Shown: positions 7,701-15,679 of the stretch, one piece after another
Numbering within the stretch: position 1 is the stretch's first letter
Layout of the letters: every line of letters begins with the position of its first letter
Source of the DNA: a virus
IMG/VR virus record: IMGVR_UViG_3300033153_015493
Strand: one strand, 5' to 3'
Length of the DNA: 25,632 nt
Made by a program: the position numbers and the translations under genes
The notes under the pieces: model-generated
The model's database searches: none
Told to the model about the DNA's origin: nothing
Seen by the model: the letters and a program-made list of their open reading frames with translations, nothing else

Positions 7701-10700
7701 CTAAATGACACATCAGAAGGGAACTTTACAATAGATAATACTGCTCCAGTGCCTTCAAACATAGGCAAGAATGATTCTCATATAGAAAGGAATGATGTTG
7801 TTAAGTTCTATGCAAACTGGTCTGATAATATTGTTGGACTGAGCCATTACATATTCAGCTGGAACAATTCAGGCTCTTGGGTAAATGATTCTGCGGTTGA
7901 ACTGACAAGCTGGAGCAACATAACAAAAACTGTAACAGCAGAAAGAGATACTTTTGTAAGCTGGATAATATATGCAAATGATTCTCTTAATAATATTGGC
8001 AACACTGGAATACAAAACTTTACTGTTCAAAATGCAGCTCCAGACCAACCAGTCTTAAATGCCCCAACAGACGGGGCAACAGACCAACTGCTTAACACAA
8101 CACTTAATATAACTGTGACTGATGCAGATGGGGATTTAATGAATGTGAGTTTTTATGGTGTTTCTGTATCAAATTACATAGAACAAGAAAATGCTAATAT
8201 AACTTCATGCACAGGAAATTGGGATGGCACTCACCCTTGCGGTTTTGTTTCTGATGGTGATTGGGCTACATATGGGTCAGGTGCAGTTGGAGGTAACCCA
8301 GCTTATCTTGAACTAATTTATTTTAAGTTAGATAATTCATTTGAAATGATATGGCAGATAAAAGATTATAGTGGAACATTTAATTTAACTATCCCTGATA
8401 GTTGTTTTTCATATAATGAGGACAATGTTTCATTTAAAATTACTTCGGATTATGATGACCCATTTTGGGTTTATTATGATTGTTGGGATGGTTCTTGGAA
8501 TCGCTTAAAATCATACAATGATGACTCTTGGATTTATGAAGAAAAAGTTTTCTGGATAATAGAAACATTAGATATCATAGCAAACACAACAGACATACCA
8601 AGTGGTTCAGATGCAACCTTTGACTGGTCTGGCTTGGATTTCAACACAACTTATGAATGGTATGCAGTAGTTACAGATGGCACAAATACAACAACAACAC
8701 CAACATACAACTTTACAACCTTTGCATTCCCATTGTCAATTACAGCAGGACCTTATCCTGAAGATGATACTGGAGTTAATACTTTGCCAGTTAATTTTAA
8801 CTTAACAATGCTTGCTCTTGAGGATTTCAACTGCACTCTAATGATAAACAGCACAGAGAATGCAACAGGGGATTATACTGCTGGAGCAGATGTTCTGGTA
8901 AGCTTTGATGAATCACTGCCAGATGGCTATTGGGAATATTACATAACCTGTGAAGATAAAGTGCATGGAACTTTGCTTAACTCAACAACAAACACTATCT
9001 TTGTAGATACTCAAAACCCAACAATAACTATTAACCCAAGCAATGCCTTCACAGCAACAAATACCTCAACAATAAGTAATTATGACAGCACAGAGTTTCC
9101 ATTGAACATAACCTTTGAGGATGAGAGGGATTTGTTTGCTATGGAAATAAACATAACCAACTCAATAGGGCATACAGTGTTCAACAGAACAAACACAAGC
9201 CTTTCAGGACTTACATATAATTACACAGAGATAGTAGACAACTCAGATTGGACTGCTGGGCTGTATAACATTGAGGTTATTGTTTCAGACAGCCATACAT
9301 CAGCCCTGATAGATGATTATAAGCCAATTAAACTTACAGACAAGCTTATATTTGATACAGCAGAAGATAATAAGATAACAATAGAGGCAGATGATGCAAT
9401 AAGCTCTGACACAACAAAAGTATATGATAGATATTTATTTGAGTTCAGTTATCCAAAAACAAAAACAACTGATATTGTTTATCATGTAAAGTCAGACAAT
9501 AAGATTTATTACAAGCCTGATTCAGGCTACAAAGCCCACTTTATTATATGGAATCCATCAACAAAAACAGGCAACTGGGTTGATTTTGAGGATGTAGCAT
9601 TAAAAGATTACACAGTTCGAAAAGTTAGTGATAATGATTATACAGTTACTTTCAAGATGCCAGCTGAAGGAATTGAAACAATCAAGTTCAACTCAATCGG
9701 CGGGCTTAATGTTGTAACAGAAAATTATGAGTGGTTCAGAGGCTCAACAGCACAGAGTTATACAACCCCTGTCTTAACTAACACAACAACAAGCTTTTAT
9801 CTGAATGTTACCAACACAAGCTCAATATCAGATATAAACGCAAGGTTTTTCTACAATTACACAGAATACAGCGTAACAAAAACAACTTCAGATGATTATG
9901 GCTTTAAGGCAACAATAACAGCCCCTGCCCTTACTATTGGCTCTCAAGTATTCAATTTTACTTGGAATGTAAGCATAAACCAGACAGATGGCACACAATA
10001 TAATTTCAGCGAACTAAACAACCAGACTGTTTCAACAGCACAAATAAATATCACAATGCTTGATGAGTTAAACCACAGCCTTATAACAGAAACCCTTGAT
10101 GTTTATTATGTAGGAGAAGGCAGGCATTACACAACAGACACAGGCTATATATTGATAGGCAATCTTTCCCCAAGCATACCTTATATTGAAATAGAGAATG
10201 ATAACTACCCAAGAAGAGGGTATTACATTACAATATCAGAGAATATAACAACACACTTAACAGCTTATCTTCTGCGTTCAACTGCTTCAACCCAAGAAAC
10301 AACATTCACTGTCCAGGACTCTGATTTAAGCAGGATTGAAAATGCAAAGATGACTTTCTACAGAATGGTAAACATGACTTATGTTGAGGTTGGGCAGGTT
10401 GAGACAGACTATGCAGGGCAGGCTGCCCTTACATTAGACACAACAAATAAATACAGGATTGTTATTGAAGCAACAGATTACCCTATCAAAACACTTGAAT
10501 TAAGGCCTTTGCAGACAACCTACACAATTACCCTGCAAATAACAGGGGCAGGCTTTGAGAATGTTTTTGAAGGCATTGCATACACAATAACACCAACAAA
10601 CCGAAGCACAAATGTTTCACAGAACTATACAGATTTCAGGCTTGATATATACTCATCAAACTCAGACCTTGAACTATTTGGAGTAAGGACTTTTGACCAT

Positions 10701-11153
10701 GATTATGTTTGCATACCAGCAAGTTGCACTCAGAATATAACTGGCTCACCAGCTGGTGGCTCTGCAATAGTGAGAGTTAAGGGCAATACAACAGGAACTG
10801 TTAAGATAGATGTGTATTACAAAAGGACAGATTACCCTATTACTTACTTAAACTTCAATATATTTTCCTTTGTTGATGCCTTAGCGGCTCATGCAAGGAG
10901 CTTATGGGCATCTATGAATGCAGTTAAAGAGGATTACAGCCCTATAATGCTTGCCTTAATAGCAATAGTCGGAACTATAATGCTGCTTGGAACAGCTGCC
11001 GAGATAGGCATATACGGGCTTCCTTTGATAGTTATTGCAGCTTTTGGCTTAATATTCTTCGCATTAGTTGGCTTCATAAATCCACTTATTGTTGGCCTGA
11101 GTTTAATACTCGGTGGCATTGTTTACTTTAGGTTTAGCGGGGGTGCTGATTAA
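4779..11153 (+). CDS. 2124-aa secreted, membrane-anchored adhesin / receptor-binding protein (DUF2341-like + LamG, several Ig/cadherin/Fn3-like modules, C-terminal TM helices)
   Basis: Sec-type signal peptide ending VSA|TWWNESY. LamG motifs (AVYHM, GQAQDFDGSDDYI, WDGLIDEVRISD). Ig-like repeats starting NTAPV, NEAPNAP, NAAPDQP with D.D.D motifs. Dozens of N-x-S/T sequons. About three hydrophobic helices at the C-terminus. Confidence 0.85.
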   Translation: MRKSAFLLMFAVLLVLVSSGSVSATWWNESYTKKILINCTNLDDNTPIVINGSSGFTIDGKKQIVWTYCSGTGTAVYYNDYSDYVVANDTTQLPMEVEFGNGTSYNPTQVWDSNYLAVYHMTDTTTSTITDSTSNDYDCTKKGANEPIESTGEIGQAQDFDGSDDYIACGDINELDTANEITYETYSKLDDFDTTYPRLICKASGTGDAQRNDILFNSPDRIELGLGGSRIAIGEAVTTGTWYYTAGTAKMDIGAGSDKLEIFKNGYSIGSDNTLTLAPVDMGTHQVYIGSFDPGVLDTREWDGLIDEVRISDIVRSDSYFNQTYENIIGTAGYGNLLAEESAPSADAPIITAHTTSPSTVYTNTDFKFNMTATDTDNATFTGWVQFYVNDSATGSVQTNSMNNNTNTLIGTLANANFIKGSELIAEYWASDGENNSTKANQSTVTVSNTAPVFNPALANQNAYSDIEFTYDINATDLDSDTLTYYDNTTLFNINSETGIITDTPTESEKGTYTILITIGDGTDNTTSTFDYTIIDKTPPAITWIQQPDLNLTVETNPTYLYNISDTSGVNWTSVIFYHGLNDTYLNSMNWSYRYPASAKQPDRLRACNRNKSLLLIEDNAIKLYEGDIASYGGHLYGACLKPVVYSSGSDWVAFNMTFDYHHLMESHIPVDKTALHNEVKTDQYINIYKSHPAIVQLETFPTEINRTVHINLNIDDKNGTYPLLIYGCNNSVNPYTVDYTSDSNCAFYGTRTDFDTKDRISNQSSYVHFLSGIDENGKIGGTSLTPSDTMFMYLDSDAPNVAKGFKLYYADDVVPDNTNFNETYYLHTYSPSSWTNRSETPDVQLEVTADEFDIQYYVFACDNNSNCVNFTMQADALGERPNEAPNAPYLIQPLVNYNITGTYNITWLDGIDPEGDPFNITLVLINHTDSSEYVLTSTISKGTEYYSWDTTAYIDLDSYQIVIYATDSGGLKSLNDTSEGNFTIDNTAPVPSNIGKNDSHIERNDVVKFYANWSDNIVGLSHYIFSWNNSGSWVNDSAVELTSWSNITKTVTAERDTFVSWIIYANDSLNNIGNTGIQNFTVQNAAPDQPVLNAPTDGATDQLLNTTLNITVTDADGDLMNVSFYGVSVSNYIEQENANITSCTGNWDGTHPCGFVSDGDWATYGSGAVGGNPAYLELIYFKLDNSFEMIWQIKDYSGTFNLTIPDSCFSYNEDNVSFKITSDYDDPFWVYYDCWDGSWNRLKSYNDDSWIYEEKVFWIIETLDIIANTTDIPSGSDATFDWSGLDFNTTYEWYAVVTDGTNTTTTPTYNFTTFAFPLSITAGPYPEDDTGVNTLPVNFNLTMLALEDFNCTLMINSTENATGDYTAGADVLVSFDESLPDGYWEYYITCEDKVHGTLLNSTTNTIFVDTQNPTITINPSNAFTATNTSTISNYDSTEFPLNITFEDERDLFAMEINITNSIGHTVFNRTNTSLSGLTYNYTEIVDNSDWTAGLYNIEVIVSDSHTSALIDDYKPIKLTDKLIFDTAEDNKITIEADDAISSDTTKVYDRYLFEFSYPKTKTTDIVYHVKSDNKIYYKPDSGYKAHFIIWNPSTKTGNWVDFEDVALKDYTVRKVSDNDYTVTFKMPAEGIETIKFNSIGGLNVVTENYEWFRGSTAQSYTTPVLTNTTTSFYLNVTNTSSISDINARFFYNYTEYSVTKTTSDDYGFKATITAPALTIGSQVFNFTWNVSINQTDGTQYNFSELNNQTVSTAQINITMLDELNHSLITETLDVYYVGEGRHYTTDTGYILIGNLSPSIPYIEIENDNYPRRGYYITISENITTHLTAYLLRSTASTQETTFTVQDSDLSRIENAKMTFYRMVNMTYVEVGQVETDYAGQAALTLDTTNKYRIVIEATDYPIKTLELRPLQTTYTITLQITGAGFENVFEGIAYTITPTNRSTNVSQNYTDFRLDIYSSNSDLELFGVRTFDHDYVCIPASCTQNITGSPAGGSAIVRVKGNTTGTVKIDVYYKRTDYPITYLNFNIFSFVDALAAHARSLWASMNAVKEDYSPIMLALIAIVGTIMLLGTAAEIGIYGLPLIVIAAFGLIFFALVGFINPLIVGLSLILGGIVYFRFSGGAD

Positions 11154-11593
11154 TGCAGACTATGATGAAAGTGATAGTATTGCTGTTTTGCGTTAATATG
11201 TTTGTTTATATTGGCAGCAATTACCAGTATATGATAACTGGTGATTTGGATGACAAGCCAGTCAAGATAAGTGGCGACTTAATTGATGTCTTGATGAAAA
11301 ACAGACCAACAACTCTTAATTCAACTGCTGAATCCATTGCATTCAATGGCAACTTAAGCCAACCAAGAAAAGCAGGTGGTGAGTTAGTTGGAACTGGTGG
11401 TGGGGTAAGCTTTCTTGATGCACTAAAGATAGCATGGTCTATTATTCCAACATTATTTAATATAGCAACTGCTGGGGTTATGATATTCTTTATTGAAGGA
11501 ATGCCACCTATCATCGGCTTGCTGGTTGGAGTTCCACTCACATTAGTTCTCCTTTTAAGCATATTCGCATTCATAAGGGGTGTTTCAGATTGA
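11153..11593 (+). CDS. 146-aa membrane protein, putative virion component
   Basis: N-terminal and two C-terminal hydrophobic helices, NST and NLS sequons, start overlaps the adhesin stop. Confidence 0.75.
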   Translation: MQTMMKVIVLLFCVNMFVYIGSNYQYMITGDLDDKPVKISGDLIDVLMKNRPTTLNSTAESIAFNGNLSQPRKAGGELVGTGGGVSFLDALKIAWSIIPTLFNIATAGVMIFFIEGMPPIIGLLVGVPLTLVLLLSIFAFIRGVSD

Positions 11594-11862
11594 TAACTGA
11601 TACCATTGCATCAAGTATTTACCAGTATATTGCAGGCAATGGAGTAATAATGGCTTTGATGGCCATCGCAATAGTTGTAATCATGCTTTTTGCCATAAGA
11701 GCTGGTAAGATAGTTGTGATGATGCTTTTGATACCCTTAATTTCAACAATGATAGTTTCAACAGCTATGATTGAGATACCTAAATACAGCGTTGTCTTGA
11801 TGTGGCTTATTACAGGATTTATATTTGGCGGGGCAATAATTGCTTATGCGTTCAGAACTTAG
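11590..11862 (+). CDS. 90-aa polytopic membrane protein (about 3 TM)
   Basis: TTG start overlapping the previous stop, almost entirely hydrophobic, ends the + strand operon. Confidence 0.7.
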   Translation: MITDTIASSIYQYIAGNGVIMALMAIAIVVIMLFAIRAGKIVVMMLLIPLISTMIVSTAMIEIPKYSVVLMWLITGFIFGGAIIAYAFRT

Positions 11863-11941
11863 CTAAAAGGATGCCTTATTTAGCAAAATATCCCGGCGTT
11901 TAGTTCAATATATGGCAAAAGAATTGCTTAATTAACCCCTA

Positions 11942-12073
11942 TCACCAATCATCTACTAAAATAAAATATCTAAATGCAAACCAGATACAAAAAATAATAA
12001 AAACAAAAGAAATATACCAGTATGTTTTTGATAAATTAAATAATAATGCAAGTTCTTCAAACATTTTAATCAT
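11942..12073 (-). CDS. 43-aa single-TM peptide (not in ORF track)
   Basis: MIKMFEELALLFNLSKTYWYISFVFIIFCIWFAFRYFILVDDW*, start overlaps the end of the recombinase gene. Confidence 0.5.
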   Translation of the reverse strand: MIKMFEELALLFNLSKTYWYISFVFIIFCIWFAFRYFILVDDW

Positions 12074-12743
12074 GTATTAATGGCTTTTTTTCTATTTCTT
12101 CCCTTAAATCTTCAGATGACAAGTCAGAATACCACTCTAAGATTGTTTTAATTGTGTCACCTGTATTCTGCTGAACAAACTTAATATCTCGGCCTGCTTT
12201 TCTGCTTAACCTGATGAAAGTATGCCTCAGCCAATGAGAGCCAACTATGTGAGCATAAGGAAAATCTATCTTTTTACACCATCTTTTTAATATCCTGTTA
12301 GCTGTCTTTTCAGAAAAAGGAAACAATCTCTTATCTTTGATGCCTTCTATCTGCCTCTGCTTGAGCCACATCTTCAAGCTAGACCTTACAAACTCCGGCC
12401 AATATACAAATCTCCATTTGTCTTTCTTATGATCATAGGTGTATGTCCTGTTCTCTTTCCAGTCAATATGAACAATTTCTGTATGCACAACATCAGAAAC
12501 CCTTAAGCCTGTCTGGCTATGATACAAGATATATGTCCTGTCTCTTACACTATCAATAGTCTGATATAATAATTTTAAATATTGCTGTGGAATATACTTG
12601 TCCCCTTTGCTGATTTTATTAGACACCACTAAAGATTTTTCTTGTTTTGTATCATTTTTTTGCATCATTTTCATATACATTGTCCGATTCACTGGTAGAA
12701 ACGGACACCCTATTTTGCATTCAATCGCCAAGATTCTTGCCAA
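12066..12743 (-). CDS. Short tyrosine recombinase (catalytic domain only); true start uncertain
   Basis: R in QTGLRVSDV, K in DHKKDK, HxxR in SHWLRHTF, Tyr in ILEWYSDL. The usual LGH position reads TGD. Confidence 0.85.
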   Translation of the reverse strand: MARILAIECKIGCPFLPVNRTMYMKMMQKNDTKQEKSLVVSNKISKGDKYIPQQYLKLLYQTIDSVRDRTYILYHSQTGLRVSDVVHTEIVHIDWKENRTYTYDHKKDKWRFVYWPEFVRSSLKMWLKQRQIEGIKDKRLFPFSEKTANRILKRWCKKIDFPYAHIVGSHWLRHTFIRLSRKAGRDIKFVQQNTGDTIKTILEWYSDLSSEDLREEIEKKPLIHD

Positions 12744-12905
12744 GCTTTACATTATTGTTCTTATCAAGCTTAAATTTAAACATTGCATTACAGCTCTTGC
12801 ACCGCAGATTGCCTAACTTTGTTGTTGTAAACCCCTTTGCTCCGACTGCTCCGCATGCAGGGCAAGGGGGTATTTGTATCTTGGCCCTTTATTTCTTCTT
12901 GCCAC
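12721..12905 (-). CDS. Zn-ribbon protein (~61 aa) split by an apparent 1-nt deletion in a C5 run
   Basis: GTG 12905 gives MARRNKGPRYKYP. A -1 shift at 12866-12870 continues PCPACGAVGAKGFTTTKLGNLRCKSCNAMFKFKLDKNNNVKLGKNLGD* (CxxC...CxxC), a frame with no start of its own. Confidence 0.6.
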
Positions 12906-13347
12906 TTTTAACATCACTCTCATAAGTTATGCTTATGCCTGCCCTTGCAAAGAAGCTCATTACTGTGTCAGCCATCAAGGCAGTTCTTATTGCCTTGTCC
13001 CTCACTTTCTGCTTGAACAGCTTTGCCCTGCCAACAACCCTCTTAATCCATCTGTCATTCTTGTATTGCTGATATTCCTTATACTTTTCCTTGTTAAGCT
13101 CTGTGTCATCTGCAAACATAAATGCTTCCCAATCCCTGAGTTCCTTTGCAATGTATTCCTTGTCATTCTCTTCTTTTGCTATGAAGTAGCCCTTGCCTTC
13201 TTCTGTTATGTATTTGCTTAGGCTGAACCTTATCATGTTATACAGGCCTTTGAGCTTGATTTTATACAAGGCAAACTGCCACTTTGCTAATATCTTTCTT
13301 GCCAGCTCTTCATTTGTCCTTACTGTTATTTTTAAGTATGCCATCAT
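12889..13347 (-). CDS. 152-aa hypothetical protein
   Basis: Start moved to ATG 13347 (GGGGT RBS, ATGA overlap): MMAYLKITVRTNEELARKILAKW... Confidence 0.7.
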   Translation of the reverse strand: MMAYLKITVRTNEELARKILAKWQFALYKIKLKGLYNMIRFSLSKYITEEGKGYFIAKEENDKEYIAKELRDWEAFMFADDTELNKEKYKEYQQYKNDRWIKRVVGRAKLFKQKVRDKAIRTALMADTVMSFFARAGISITYESDVKSGKKK

Positions 13348-13448
13348 AATACCCCCAAAGCAACACACATGGCTACTCCTACTGCCCAACCAAGAATAAA
13401 CCAAACAATATTGTCCTTTGTAATCTCTGTTAATCTGTTCTTATCCAT
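13344..13448 (-). CDS. 34-aa single-TM peptide (not in ORF track)
   Basis: MDKNRLTEITKDNIVWFILGWAVGVAMCVALGVL*, starts right after the upstream TGA and ends in an ATGA overlap. Confidence 0.6.
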   Translation of the reverse strand: MDKNRLTEITKDNIVWFILGWAVGVAMCVALGVL

Positions 13449-13667
13449 TCAAATCATCCCTCTCCCCAATGCCAAAAGCCATACAAGCATCCATGCTGTT
13501 CCTATTATCCAGCCAAGCAGAAGCCAAGACATATCTCTCCATGTGAAATTACCCTTCCAGCTTTTGTGCTTTCCATACTTTTTGTTATAAAAATCTTTCC
13601 TGTAATCCAACCACCTAAAGAATTCCTTATCTTCTTCTTTGTTTAAATCCTTTACTTTAAATACCAT
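13449..13667 (-). CDS. 72-aa protein with C-terminal TM helix
   Basis: GAGGGGG RBS-like motif upstream, charged N-terminus, then WLLLGWIIGTAWMLVWLLALG. Confidence 0.7.
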   Translation of the reverse strand: MVFKVKDLNKEEDKEFFRWLDYRKDFYNKKYGKHKSWKGNFTWRDMSWLLLGWIIGTAWMLVWLLALGRGMI

Positions 13668-13731
13668 TGCAGAACCCCCTCACTATTATTATTGGTGATA
13701 TTAATATTGCATAAATAATATACATTACCAT

Positions 13732-14070
13732 TTAGTCTTCCTCCAGCTTGATTTTTTTAAAGCTATTAATCCAATGATCCTCTGGGCTTGCCTTGTATTC
13801 GCAATAAAAATATACTACAATCAGCAAAACACCCATGCCTAATATTAATCTTAAAGTATTCATCAGCTTTATTTTTATTATGGCCTCCTCTGGCAGTTCA
13901 GGATTGTATCTACCAATAGTATATTCTTTCTGCGGATAGATTTCAAAGTATTTGTACAGCATAGCCCCATGTATTACACTCAAAATAACTACAATTAACA
14001 TAAAAAACCATACTAGTTTACATAAGTTGGAGTAAATGTTAATATTTATGTTAATATTTTTGTTTTTCAT
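13732..14070 (-). CDS. 112-aa two-TM membrane protein
   Basis: Two hydrophobic segments separated by a polar loop, co-oriented with neighbours. Confidence 0.6.
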   Translation of the reverse strand: MKNKNINININIYSNLCKLVWFFMLIVVILSVIHGAMLYKYFEIYPQKEYTIGRYNPELPEEAIIKIKLMNTLRLILGMGVLLIVVYFYCEYKASPEDHWINSFKKIKLEED

Positions 14071-14094
14071 ATTCTAATATACCATTATATATAC

Positions 14095-15001
14095 TCAATC
14101 CTTAATCCCACCCATATCTTTCACTTTTTTCATTATTTTACGAACAGCCGAAGGAGTTAAACCAAAATAACCCCCAATTGTTTTTGATGTCATTCCTTCC
14201 TCATGCATTCTAATCATTGGCTTGATTCTTTTATCCTCAAGATATAATTCTTTTTTCAGTTTCTCAAAATTGTCATCCAAATCTTTCCATTTCTCTTCAT
14301 TATATTTTTTTTCTTCAGATTTACTCAATGGAACAACCTTTGAAAATACTCCTCTTGTATGAAATCCTTTTAGCATCCTTCTGAAAACATAATAACCATA
14401 CACTTTGTAATCCTTTCTTATTGTGTTTACAGGGTAATACCATTTCTTAGGGTCATTCCTAAAAAAATAAAATCTTGGAATAACAGGCATAAAAAATATA
14501 CCATTCAGTTTGTTATACATCATTGAAGGTAATGAGGTCATTTCAGTTGCACATAATCCTACAAACAAATTCTTCTGCCTTATTTTGCCTAAAATACTCT
14601 TAACTAACTTTCCTTTCTTTGATAAGATTTGAAGATACACTTTGATAATGTTCTGCTTTATCTAAAACATCCATAAATTTGTCTATGTCCTCACATATCC
14701 TTGTATAATTAAATGTTGGGTCAAGTGTCCATAAGACTTGTTTTAATATTGTAGATTTCCCGGTGCCACCCTGTCCGACAGCAGCCAGCCAATATTCACT
14801 ATTGTTTTTTTTAGTTCCAAAGTAAATATCAGCTATACTCCAAATAAGCTTTTTCTCAAAATATACCCTTTGTTTTCTATCATACACATGCGAGAACCAA
14901 TCCATAAATTTATTTACTCGGGATTCTGAATTACTGCTAAGAAGTTTAGTTCTAAAGTTCTCTTTAAATTCATCATAATGTTTTGTGCTATGAATTGCCA
15001 T
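14095..15001 (-). pseudogene. P-loop ATPase with C-terminal HTH, split into two frames at ~14640 with no recognisable Walker B
   Basis: 14600-15001 has Walker A AVGQGGTGKS then LDPTF..RIC. 14095-14640 continues LSKKGKLVKSILGKIRQKNLFVGLCA and ends in an HTH (HEEGMTSKTIGGYFGLTPSAVRKIMKK). No hhhhDE motif in either frame. Confidence 0.7.
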
Positions 15002-15002
15002 T

Positions 15003-15452
15003 TTAAAAGTTCTGCGGTTCTGGAAATTTCCCTATATCATTCTCAAGCTCATCTTTGTGATAGCCAGACAATGAAACAAATTTTGTTATAAGAAAATAAC
15101 CTCTTTTTAAATCATCAAAAGTACTATTATTTGTTTCGTACTCTTCCATCAATTTATCAAGTTCCTCAACCTCTTCTCCATAATTTTTTCTTAGGTCATC
15201 AAGCTTGTTGTGCCTCATAAAGTCATAAAGCCCTTTCAGTGTAGTCCAGCAGTCAAAAAATTCATAGCTTGAAGTTATTGTCTTGTTGTCAAGAAACCCT
15301 GCTTTCAGGCTTCTCAGCAGATGGCCATACTGCTGGATAAGTATCCCTTCCTGTTCCAAAATATTGAAGGAAAGTCTGTATTTATCCATAAACACAGATG
15401 CTTCTTTCTCTTCATTACTCCTACTGTCATATCCGCTTCGGTTGTATGCCAT
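15003..15452 (-). CDS. 149-aa helical hypothetical protein next to the ATPase
   Basis: Long ORF tightly packed with neighbours (0-1 nt gaps). Confidence 0.75.
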   Translation of the reverse strand: MAYNRSGYDSRSNEEKEASVFMDKYRLSFNILEQEGILIQQYGHLLRSLKAGFLDNKTITSSYEFFDCWTTLKGLYDFMRHNKLDDLRKNYGEEVEELDKLMEEYETNNSTFDDLKRGYFLITKFVSLSGYHKDELENDIGKFPEPQNF

Positions 15453-15671
15453 TTATTTCCCCAGCAACTTTTTGTCTATCTCAATAAAACCCCTGCCAAG
15501 AGCCTCAAAATCTTTTTTTAAAAATTCCAGGAATGATATGCTGCCTTCCTTCTGGATTACAAAAGCAATGGCTTTTGACAGGCCTTTCTTTGCCTCAACA
15601 TTATAGGCAGAGTAAACCTTCTGCCTGTTTCCCTGCTTGTCATCCTCAATTTCCAGCCTTCTGATAAACAT
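15453..15671 (-). CDS. 72-aa hypothetical protein
   Basis: Abuts the next gene, plausible composition. Confidence 0.65.
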   Translation of the reverse strand: MFIRRLEIEDDKQGNRQKVYSAYNVEAKKGLSKAIAFVIQKEGSISFLEFLKKDFEALGRGFIEIDKKLLGK

Positions 15672-15679
15672 TTTATTGC

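Noticed and set aside
11863-12065. tRNA-derived attP or dif site in the convergent gap next to the recombinase
   Set aside because: No T-loop-like GTTCRAATC and no 11-6-11 palindrome. Most of the gap is explained by a 43-aa TM ORF.
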